A DNA stretch of 64,000 nt from Candidatus Porifericomitales bacterium (GTDB taxonomy: Bacteria; Pseudomonadota; Gammaproteobacteria; CBDEFV01), in assembly GCA_965237735.1 (NCBI GenBank), contig CBDEFV010000002.1, positions 33,958 to 97,957 on the forward strand. Reading direction: 5' to 3'. Position numbers and translations under genes: made by a program. The notes beneath the pieces are model-generated. The model was given only the letters and a program-made list of their open reading frames with translations. It had not been told where the DNA came from and did not search any database. This document shows, one piece after another, positions 9,584 to 17,501 of this stretch; the first letter of the stretch is position 1, and the number at the start of each line of letters is the position of its first letter.

Positions 9584-12178
9584 GTGGTTGTGCAAGATAG
9601 TAAAACCTACAGGCAAAAAGACTTGGTTCTCAATGTAAACCCGTCTTATGATCCGGCGAAACTCGATTTAAGCGCGTGGGATTCTTTCCTAGACACTTTG
9701 TGTGGCGATAGAGAGTATCAAAAAGAGGCAACAAAACAGGCGATCATTTTCCTTGCATCCCAGCGATATGAGACAACGCAAGATTTAGTGGCTGAAAACT
9801 ACCCGAAAAATCCTGAGTTGCAGGAAAAATACTCCACTAAAAACGACTACTATTGTCGCTTGCAACTCCAAGATAAACTTTTTGCAAATATTGATTTAGC
9901 GACGGGTACAGGAAAATCCTATGTGATCTACGGTGTTGCACAGATAATGCTCGGATTTGGTTTGGTAGACAAGGTATTGGTGCTTTGTCCGTCTTTAACC
10001 ATTGAAAATGGTTTGATGGAAAAGTTTGAACGATTAAGCGGAGACGGGCGAATCAAAAAAGCTATACCAACAAATGCGCGCTACGCAAACCCGAGTATTG
10101 TTGATGCAAATGTTACGGTAAAAGAGGGAAGCATTTGCATAGAAAACATCCACTCTGTTTACGAAACAACAGGATCATCAATCAAAGATAGTTTTCAAAA
10201 GGGTGAGCGCGTCTTGGTGCTCAATGACGAATCTCACCATATTTTCAATAGGATTTCAGGCAACATGGCGGGAGCTAAAGGATTAAAGCAGTGGAAAAAG
10301 TTTTTGCTTAACTCTGACTATAAATTTAAGTACATTCTTGGCTTTACTGGTACGGCATACCATGACAACAATTATTTTAACGACATTATCTATCGCTATT
10401 CGCTTCGCGAGGCGATTGGGGATCGGATTGTAAAGAATATCGAATACGTCCAGAGGGATGATAGTATAGGAACGGATGAAAAGTTTCAGAAAATCTATCA
10501 AAACCACAGAGAAAACATTGATAATTACCCAAAGGTCAAACCGCTTTCTATTTTGATCACCAAAGATATTTCAAAAGCAAAAAGCCTGCGAGAAGATTTG
10601 ATTAATTTTCTTGAAAAGAAAGAAGATAGACCACAAGAAAGTGTCGAGAATAAAGTGTTGATTGTTACTTCTCACAAAGAACACAGAGCAAATCTGCTGA
10701 AACTAAAAACGGTTGATGACAGAGAAAACCCGGCCGAATGGATTGTGTCTGTCTCCATGCTCACAGAGGGGTGGGATGTAAAAAATGTGTTTCAAATCGT
10801 TCCGTGGGAAGACAAAGCTTTTAATTCAAAACTGCTTATCGCTCAAGTTTTGGGTCGCGGATTGCGTTTGCCAGAAGCGTATACTTCTCCGCAACCAAAG
10901 GTGATTGTTTTTAACCACGACGCTTGGAGTAGACGTATAAAAGCCCTTGTTGATGAGGTTTTAGAAATTGAAACTCAAATGATTAGTGAAGTCATAACAA
11001 GCGGCGATCGTTTAAAACATCACTTTGACCTGCATAACCTTAATTACACCAGAATAGAAGTTGAGGTGGAACACAGGCCAAACCCTGTCGTTAATTATTC
11101 CCGCATTGAAGAAGAGGGTATCAAACTGGAGTCTCAGGTTACACAAGTAGAAAAAGGGACCTCTTATGAATCCATAGAGGGCAGGGTTCGAGACAAAAAA
11201 TACATTATTGAATACGAAACAAGGACTGTTCAAGAAGTTGTAGACCGAATTTATGGAGAATTTGAGATCAGGGACTGGGAAGGAAGAATTTTGAGACTCG
11301 GTGAGGAACGATACACGCAAAATAATTTGCCACCAAAAGAAAAGATCCGAAAGATCATTCTCAAATCAATGGGAAATGTTAGTATCCAGGGCGATCAAAT
11401 TATTGAGAGAAATGTTAATCAGATACTCAAGGCATTTGGCACTCTGCTGCGAGGGGGGAGCAAAACAGTCGTCCCCAAATTGAAAGTGGAGGATCCTGTT
11501 CCAATTTCTACCAAAGAGATTATGCGTGAAAGTTCAGCTATCGGCAACTTTAGGCGTGGATATTCACTGTTTTATACAAATGACTGGGAAAATGAGGTTT
11601 TGGATGACGAACAGCGAAGTATTATAAAAAAGTTCATAGAAGATGAGAGTTTGCCAAGAAGCGCAGTCAGGGAACGAAACCCGTTCTCTTTCAAGACACC
11701 AGTCAGTGTTGTCTTTACTAATTCAGAGCCAGAGCGGAGATTTATTGAAAAACTCTGCGAAGACGAAGTGGCAGGGAAAATTGACGCTTGGCTCAAATCA
11801 CGGGATCGCGGCTTTTACGGCATTCAGTATTCTTGGCGACCATCGAATCACCAAAAAACGGGAGAGTTCAACCCTGATTTCTTCATTAAGGTCGGCAAGG
11901 ACGGTGTGGAATATTTTGTTGTTGTGGAGATAAAAGAAGACAAGGATGACAGTGATGAGAATAAGGCGAAGTATAAATATGCCAACAAGCATTTCGAACT
12001 CCTAAATCAAAGGCTTAAAGACAAGAAAATCAAACAAAAATACATTTTCCATTTCTTGAGCCCGGAAGGATACACAACTTTCTTTGAGTATCTAAAGGAT
12101 AGAAGAATCCTGGACGGACAAGAAAAGTTTAGGTGTGAGTTGGAAAATCTTATAGAAACAACTGACGATGAAGAATAA
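9584..12178 (+). CDS. res: Type III restriction endonuclease Res subunit (SF2 helicase/ATPase plus PD-(D/E)xK nuclease)
   Basis: LATGTGKS (Walker A), LNDESHH (Walker B), FTGT, MLTEGWD, QVLGRGLR, C-terminal PDFF...VEIK. Confidence 0.9.
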   Translation: MVVQDSKTYRQKDLVLNVNPSYDPAKLDLSAWDSFLDTLCGDREYQKEATKQAIIFLASQRYETTQDLVAENYPKNPELQEKYSTKNDYYCRLQLQDKLFANIDLATGTGKSYVIYGVAQIMLGFGLVDKVLVLCPSLTIENGLMEKFERLSGDGRIKKAIPTNARYANPSIVDANVTVKEGSICIENIHSVYETTGSSIKDSFQKGERVLVLNDESHHIFNRISGNMAGAKGLKQWKKFLLNSDYKFKYILGFTGTAYHDNNYFNDIIYRYSLREAIGDRIVKNIEYVQRDDSIGTDEKFQKIYQNHRENIDNYPKVKPLSILITKDISKAKSLREDLINFLEKKEDRPQESVENKVLIVTSHKEHRANLLKLKTVDDRENPAEWIVSVSMLTEGWDVKNVFQIVPWEDKAFNSKLLIAQVLGRGLRLPEAYTSPQPKVIVFNHDAWSRRIKALVDEVLEIETQMISEVITSGDRLKHHFDLHNLNYTRIEVEVEHRPNPVVNYSRIEEEGIKLESQVTQVEKGTSYESIEGRVRDKKYIIEYETRTVQEVVDRIYGEFEIRDWEGRILRLGEERYTQNNLPPKEKIRKIILKSMGNVSIQGDQIIERNVNQILKAFGTLLRGGSKTVVPKLKVEDPVPISTKEIMRESSAIGNFRRGYSLFYTNDWENEVLDDEQRSIIKKFIEDESLPRSAVRERNPFSFKTPVSVVFTNSEPERRFIEKLCEDEVAGKIDAWLKSRDRGFYGIQYSWRPSNHQKTGEFNPDFFIKVGKDGVEYFVVVEIKEDKDDSDENKAKYKYANKHFELLNQRLKDKKIKQKYIFHFLSPEGYTTFFEYLKDRRILDGQEKFRCELENLIETTDDEE

Positions 12179-12318
12179 TAGAGATTATCAATATAATTGG
12201 CAGTCACCGATTGCCGATTAGCGTTTTTGTGGCTTCGACTCAAGGGTCTGCCCAAGACGGAAGTGCTAATTCCAAATCCGTAATCAGCCCCCGCCCCCCT
12301 TCCCAACATCCAATCTCC

Positions 12319-13455
12319 ATGACGGTTCTGGTCAGCGAGTTGCGCGAACACGCCCATGCCCTCGGCTTTGTCGCCTTTGGCATAGCGCGGCCGCAGGCCT
12401 CGGAGCGGACGAAACGGGAGTTTCTCGGCTTTCTCGCCGCCGGTTGCCACGGCGACATGGAGTGGATGGCCCGAGACCCTGAGAAGAGGGCATCGGTCGA
12501 ACGGCTCTGGCCCGAGGCCCGCTCGGTGATCGTCGTCGGCGCTTCCTACGCCCCTGACTTCGATCCGCTGGCGGCCGTTCAGGAGGGAGGGGATGGCGCC
12601 GTCATCGCCAGCTACGCCCGCGGCGGCGACTACCACAAGAGTCTGAAAAAACGCCTGAAACAGCTGGCCTCCTGGCTTGCCGAACGCGGCAGCCGCGTCA
12701 AGGTCTTTGTCGACACTGCGCCCCTGCTCGAGAAAGACCTGGCCGAGCGCGCCGGTCTCGGCTGGCGCGGCAAGCACACCAATCTGGTGTCGCGGCAGCG
12801 CGGTTCCTGGCTGCTGATCGGCGAAATCCTGACCGACCTCGAACTGCCGCCGTCCCAACCCGGAAAAAACCTCTGCGGCAGTTGCCGCGCCTGCATCGAA
12901 GTGTGCCCGACCCGGGCGATCACCGCGCCCTACCGCCTCGATGCGCGCCTCTGTATCTCCTACCTGACGATCGAGGCGAAGGGGCCGATTCCACGACCTC
13001 TGCGCAGGGCTGTCGGCAACCGCGTCTTCGGCTGCGACGACTGCCTCGCTGTCTGTCCCTGGAATAAATTTGCCCGCAGGGCCCACGAGCGCCTGATTGA
13101 GCCCTACGGCAACGGGGAACTGCCGAGACTCGGCGAGCTCCTGGCCCTCGATGAAGACTCTTTTCGCCAACTTTTCAGAGGCACCTCGATCAAGCGCACC
13201 GGCCGCGACCGCATGGTGCGCAATGCGCTGGTGGCCGCGGGCAACAGCGGCGACAGGGAGCTGTTGCCGGCAGTGGAAAAGCTGTTGAGGGATTCGGCGG
13301 CGCTCGTCCGCGGGGCGGCGGTCTGGGCCGCGGCCCGCCTGGCGTCGGATGAGGGCTGGCCAGCGCTGTGTGCCCGCCACTACGTCGCTGAGAAGGACCC
13401 CCAGGTGCTCGAGGAGTGGCGTCTCGAACGGCAGGGGGAGGAGGCGGCCAAGTGA
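12319..13455 (+). CDS. queG: Epoxyqueuosine reductase
   Basis: YARGGDYH, VDTAPLLEKDLA, GWRGKHTNL, CGSCRACIEVCPT and GCDDCLAVCPWN Fe-S motifs; start placed at ATG 12319. Confidence 0.95.
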   Translation: MTVLVSELREHAHALGFVAFGIARPQASERTKREFLGFLAAGCHGDMEWMARDPEKRASVERLWPEARSVIVVGASYAPDFDPLAAVQEGGDGAVIASYARGGDYHKSLKKRLKQLASWLAERGSRVKVFVDTAPLLEKDLAERAGLGWRGKHTNLVSRQRGSWLLIGEILTDLELPPSQPGKNLCGSCRACIEVCPTRAITAPYRLDARLCISYLTIEAKGPIPRPLRRAVGNRVFGCDDCLAVCPWNKFARRAHERLIEPYGNGELPRLGELLALDEDSFRQLFRGTSIKRTGRDRMVRNALVAAGNSGDRELLPAVEKLLRDSAALVRGAAVWAAARLASDEGWPALCARHYVAEKDPQVLEEWRLERQGEEAAK

Positions 13456-13723
13456 GGGGCGCCTGCATGGGCCGCAGAGGCGGCGGCCGGGGAGCCGACT
13501 GCTGCCGATCGCCGGAGTCGAGGGGGGCGCTGTCGTCGGGGCTCCCTGTTGAAGGCTTTTCTGCTGCTTTGTTAATTTTTTGTAATATCCAGGGCGCCGC
13601 TTTTTAACCGCCTGTGGGGTTGTTTGGTCTCTGGAGCTTATAATAAAAAACGTTGAGCCGGTGCCCCTGACTCTGACAGGCATTGGCATTTTTGTCCCCA
13701 ACAATCAAAGGAGATTGTCAATT

Positions 13724-13987
13724 ATGAACTCACAGCAATTTAAAATCAATGGCAAAATGCTCGCCTTCGCCGCGGCTTCCCTGCTTGTCGCCGGTTGCGC
13801 CAAAATGGGCGAAGCCTCGGACGTCGCTGCCGGCAAATGCCATGGCGCCAATGCCTGCGCTGGCCAAAGCGCCTGCCAGACGGCCAATTCCTCCTGTCAA
13901 GGGCAAAATGCCTGCGCTGGCCAAGGTTGGTTGCAGCTGAGCAAGGGCGAGTGCAGCAAAAAAGATGGCAAGTTCGAAGCCATCTGA
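13724..13987 (+). CDS. Cys-rich RiPP precursor (bufferin BufA2-like) with lipoprotein signal peptide
   Basis: AGGAG RBS at 13709-13713; 87 aa; LVAGC lipobox (Cys25); six further Cys in KCHGANACAGQSACQTANSSCQGQNACAGQGW...EC; directly upstream of DUF692. Confidence 0.85.
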   Translation: MNSQQFKINGKMLAFAAASLLVAGCAKMGEASDVAAGKCHGANACAGQSACQTANSSCQGQNACAGQGWLQLSKGECSKKDGKFEAI

Positions 13988-14005
13988 GCCAGAGTCTTCT
14001 ACTGT

Positions 14006-14055
14006 GCCGGCGAGGGCCGCGGTTCGGATTGACCGGGCCCGACCTTCGCTCCGGC
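14006..14055 (+). promoter_or_regulatory. Imperfect intercistronic stem-loop after the precursor gene
   Basis: GCCGG(14006-10) pairs with CCGGC(14051-55), CGAGGG pairs with CCTTCG, plus an inner GC stem; no U-tract. Confidence 0.45.
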
Positions 14056-14117
14056 TTGTTCTTCGATAAAACGATTCGCGCCTTTGGTGCGCTGACTTCC
14101 GGGTTGATTGATACTCA

Positions 14118-14987
14118 ATGAGTTCTTTTCTCGGTTTTGGGTTGGGTCTCAGAGCTGAGCACTATCAGAGCATTCTCGAACGGAAAGCAAAAACAGACGG
14201 GCCAAAAATAGACTGGTTCGAGATCATTTCCGAAAACTACATGGTTGACGGCGGCAAGCCGTTGCATTTTCTCGATCGCGTACGGTGCGACTACCCCTTG
14301 GCCATGCACGGGGTATCCCTGTCCATCGGAGCCAGCGAAGAGCTGGATCAGGACTACCTGCGGCAGTTGAAAGCCCTGGCCGAGCGCATCGAGCCGGTGT
14401 GGATCTCCGACCACCTCTGCTGGACCCGCGGCGACGCCCACTACCTGCACGATCTCATGCCCCTGCCCTACACCGGCGAGGCCGTGCGCCACTTGGCCGG
14501 GCGCATCAGCCGGGTGCAGGATTTCCTCGGCCAGCGCATTCTGCTGGAGAACCTGTCGAGCTACGTCAGCTTCCGTTCCTCCGAACTCGAGGAGTGGGAG
14601 TTCTTGGTAGAGGTCGCCGAGACCGCCGACTGCCTGCTGCTGCTCGATATCAACAACATCTTCGTCAGCGCCCGCAATCACGGCTTCGACCCGCGCCTCT
14701 ATGTGGATGCGGTACCGGTCGAGCGGGTGCGCCAGTTTCACCTCGCCGGCCACACCACCAACGAGAGCGGCAGCATCCGCATCGACACCCACGACCAGCC
14801 CGTTTGTCAGGGCGTGTGGGATCTCTACGGCTATGCCGTCGAGCGCTTCGGCCAGGTAGCGACCATGATCGAGCGCGACGACAATATTCCGCCGCTGGCC
14901 GAGCTGCTCGAGGAGCTGGAGCAGGCGCGCCGGATTGCCGAGGCCGTCTGGTCGCGCTGTGGCACCCCTGCCGGAGGCGGACTCTGA
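14118..14987 (+). CDS. DUF692 multinuclear non-heme iron oxidative enzyme (MNIO; BufB/MbnB family)
   Basis: [50 protein letters not shown] iron-ligand motifs. Confidence 0.93.
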   Translation: MSSFLGFGLGLRAEHYQSILERKAKTDGPKIDWFEIISENYMVDGGKPLHFLDRVRCDYPLAMHGVSLSIGASEELDQDYLRQLKALAERIEPVWISDHLCWTRGDAHYLHDLMPLPYTGEAVRHLAGRISRVQDFLGQRILLENLSSYVSFRSSELEEWEFLVEVAETADCLLLLDINNIFVSARNHGFDPRLYVDAVPVERVRQFHLAGHTTNESGSIRIDTHDQPVCQGVWDLYGYAVERFGQVATMIERDDNIPPLAELLEELEQARRIAEAVWSRCGTPAGGGL

Positions 14988-15934
14988 GCGAGCTGGCGAG
15001 ACTGCAGAAGCTCTTTACCGACTGGGTGACTCATCCTGCCGTCGGCAACGAGGGCATGGAGGAGTTGATCGTCGGCGACGACAGCGCCTCGGCGGTCGAG
15101 CGCCTCGACGTCTACCGCAACGCTTACCGCCTGCGCCTGATCAAGGCCATGGCCATCGAATATCCCGGTCTCAGGGAACTCATGGGCGATCAGGAGTTTG
15201 CCGGGCTCGCCTGGGCCTTTGTACAGGCGCACCCGCCCGAGCACGCCTCCCTGCGCTGGGTCGGGCGCGGCCTCGATAGTTTCGTGCGCCGGACGCCGCC
15301 CTGGCGGGAGCAGGAGGTGCTGGCCGAGATGGCCAGCTACGAGTGGGCTCAGGGACTGGCCTTTGACGCCGCCGACTCCGTGGCCGTCACGATCGGGGAG
15401 TTGCAGGCCCTGCCGGCCGACCGGTGGCCCGGGCTCAGCTGCCGCCTGGTGCCGTCCTGCCAGCGGCTCGACCTGCGCTGGAAGATTCCCCTGCTGAACC
15501 GGGAGCTGCGACGGCGGCCGGGCGACTCCGGCGAAGACATCGACGAGCGCCTGTCCATGCAGAGCTCCAATGTCGCCACCCTGCGCCTGGTTCAAAAAGA
15601 AGAAGAGCGGGGAGTGGACGCGGCCGCCATTAAAGAGTTGCTGCGCCCGCAGTCGCAGCCGCACCCCTGGGTGCTGTGGCGCCATGGCCTCGACATTCAC
15701 TGGCGCTCTCTGGGCCATGCCGAGGCCTGGGCCCTGCAGCAGGCCCGGCAGGGGCAGGTGCTGGCCGATATCTGCGAGGGTCTGTGTCACTGGTTTGCCG
15801 TCGATCGAGTGCCGCTGGAGTTCGCCTCCATGCTGAATACTTGGGTTGAGGGCGGCCTGGTCGCCGAGTTTCTGCCGGCGTCAAAGCCCGGACTGCGTAT
15901 CGTCGCCGACAGGCAGGAGGGCGGCAGCCGGTAA
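14984..15934 (+). CDS. DUF2063 (BufC/HvfC-like) MNIO partner protein; probable CTG start
   Basis: LARLQKLF...[14 protein letters not shown]...YPGL...ASYEWA. No in-frame ATG/GTG near the start; GGAGG at 14973-77 lies 6 nt before CTG 14984. Confidence 0.85.
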   Translation: MSELARLQKLFTDWVTHPAVGNEGMEELIVGDDSASAVERLDVYRNAYRLRLIKAMAIEYPGLRELMGDQEFAGLAWAFVQAHPPEHASLRWVGRGLDSFVRRTPPWREQEVLAEMASYEWAQGLAFDAADSVAVTIGELQALPADRWPGLSCRLVPSCQRLDLRWKIPLLNRELRRRPGDSGEDIDERLSMQSSNVATLRLVQKEEERGVDAAAIKELLRPQSQPHPWVLWRHGLDIHWRSLGHAEAWALQQARQGQVLADICEGLCHWFAVDRVPLEFASMLNTWVEGGLVAEFLPASKPGLRIVADRQEGGSR

Positions 15935-15999
15935 AATTTCACCGGCCGCTGTCTCCCCGGTCCTCTGCCTTCCCCCTGACCGCTAATCCGTAATTTTTC

Positions 16000-16191
16000 A
16001 TGGATCCATACAAAGCCGTTATTATCGCCGTCTTCTTAATCGGCGTCTTCAGCCTTTTTTCGGGGCTTTTTTTCATGCTGAAAGGCAGGGACGGTGAAAA
16101 GAAGACTGTTCGCGCCTATGGTTTTCGCGTCGGGTTTTCAATTTTTGCCTTTCTGCTGGCAATCGCCCTGACGCTCTGGCAACAGCACTGA
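16000..16191 (+). CDS. Twin-transmembrane-helix small protein (DUF2909/HIG1-like)
   Basis: 63 aa, two hydrophobic helices, SLFSGLFFMLKG...RVGFSI pattern. Confidence 0.7.
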   Translation: MDPYKAVIIAVFLIGVFSLFSGLFFMLKGRDGEKKTVRAYGFRVGFSIFAFLLAIALTLWQQH

Positions 16192-16203
16192 AAGAGGTCA
16201 CAG

Positions 16204-16632
16204 GTGGAAGCAAAAATCACCATCGCCGAGTTTGAGAAGCTCATGGACGAGACGGCGCCCTTTGCCCGCCCCCTCGATCTCGGCATTGAGGAGCTCGGCG
16301 AGACCGTCATCATGACCATGCCAGCCAATGCCAACAACCTGCGGCCGGGCGGCACCATCTCGGGGCCGGCCATGATGGCCCTGGCGGACACGGCCGCCTA
16401 TGCTCTGGTGCTGGCCCATATCGGACTGGTGGAGTTGGCGGTGACCACGAACTTCAGCGTCAATTTTCTGCGCCGGCCCTCGCCGGGGCCTGTGAAGGCG
16501 GTGGCCAGCATGTTGAAGATCGGCCGGCGGCTGGCGGTCGTCGAGATCGACATCGAGGGTGATTTTGACGGCGGGCCCAAGCGGGTCGCCCATGTGGTCT
16601 GCACCTATTCGATTCCTCCCGACCGCGGCTGA
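16204..16632 (+). CDS. PaaI-family (hotdog fold) thioesterase
   Basis: LRPGGTISGPAMMALAD, AVTTNFSVNFLR, GRRLAV. Confidence 0.88.
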   Translation: MEAKITIAEFEKLMDETAPFARPLDLGIEELGETVIMTMPANANNLRPGGTISGPAMMALADTAAYALVLAHIGLVELAVTTNFSVNFLRRPSPGPVKAVASMLKIGRRLAVVEIDIEGDFDGGPKRVAHVVCTYSIPPDRG

Positions 16633-16699
16633 AGGCGATAAAATGAGAGGCATTGCTGGAGTTGCTCCAGGTTCCCGCCCGCCTTCTCCATAAGAATTC

Positions 16700-17404
16700 A
16701 TGAAATCCGCAGACTTTAGCGACATTCAGGCCCTGGCGTTCGATGCCTATGGCACCCTCTTCGACGTCCACTCCGCCGTCGCCCGCCACAACGAGGCCGT
16801 CGGCCTTCAGGCCGGCGAGCTCTCCGCCTGCTGGCGGCAGAAGCAGTTGCAGTACACCTGGCACCGCAGCCTCGCCGGCTGCTATGAGGACTTTGAACGC
16901 CTGACGGAGGATACGCTCGACTACGCCATGGAGACCTTCGGACTCCAGGACGACGAACTGCGCCGGCAGCTGCTCGCCGCCTACTTCACCCTGGAGGCCT
17001 TCGCCGAAGTGCCCGGCGTACTCAGACAGCTGGCGACCGCCGGCATGAAGCTGGCGATCCTCAGCAACGGCACCCCGGCCATGCTCGATGCCGCCGTTTC
17101 CACCGCAGGCCTTGACGGCCTCTTCGATGAATGTCTGTCGGTTCATGAACTCCAGGTCTACAAACCGGACCCGCGGGTCTATCAGTTGGCGGTTGACCGC
17201 CTCGGAGTGAAGGCCGGCGAGATCTGCTTTCAGTCGTCGAACTCCTGGGACGCCCACGCGGCTGCCGATTTTGGCATGCGGGTCGCCTGGGTCAACCGCT
17301 ACAATCAGGTGCGCGACCGCCTGCCTGCCGCTCCGGCGGCCGAACTCGGCAGCCTCGCCGAGTTGCCGTCGCTATTGGGCCTCGCCGAGCCGGCGCCGCT
17401 TTAA
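16700..17404 (+). CDS. L-2-haloacid dehalogenase (HAD type II)
   Basis: FDAYGTLFDV nucleophile motif, WRQKQLQYTW, LSNG, YKPDP, SSNSWD. Confidence 0.9.
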   Translation: MKSADFSDIQALAFDAYGTLFDVHSAVARHNEAVGLQAGELSACWRQKQLQYTWHRSLAGCYEDFERLTEDTLDYAMETFGLQDDELRRQLLAAYFTLEAFAEVPGVLRQLATAGMKLAILSNGTPAMLDAAVSTAGLDGLFDECLSVHELQVYKPDPRVYQLAVDRLGVKAGEICFQSSNSWDAHAAADFGMRVAWVNRYNQVRDRLPAAPAAELGSLAELPSLLGLAEPAPL

Positions 17405-17501
17405 TTGCCGCCGGCGGCTCCGGGCGGTCCCCCGCTGCAGCGGGATCGCGCCGGTCTGAAGAGCCCGATCCGCCCGACCCCATCTTCCTGAGAGAGCCAG
17501 C

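Larger units (their letters stand above)
7850..12290. mobile_element. Low-GC horizontally acquired island carrying a Type III R-M module; no mobility gene; boundaries approximate
   Basis: Sampled 60-nt lines are 33-38% GC inside versus about 70% in flanking genes; abrupt switch to AT-rich codons. Confidence 0.8.

Noticed and set aside
12192-12197. TATAAT in the island tail as a captured promoter for queG
   Set aside because: There is no credible -35 or TG extension, and such hexamers arise by chance in AT-rich DNA.
7916-12270. TGGCCAAAGACGG (about 7916) and TGCCCAAGACGG (about 12249) as att sites
   Set aside because: The match is short and imperfect, both copies are inside the low-GC zone, and there is no integrase or tRNA.
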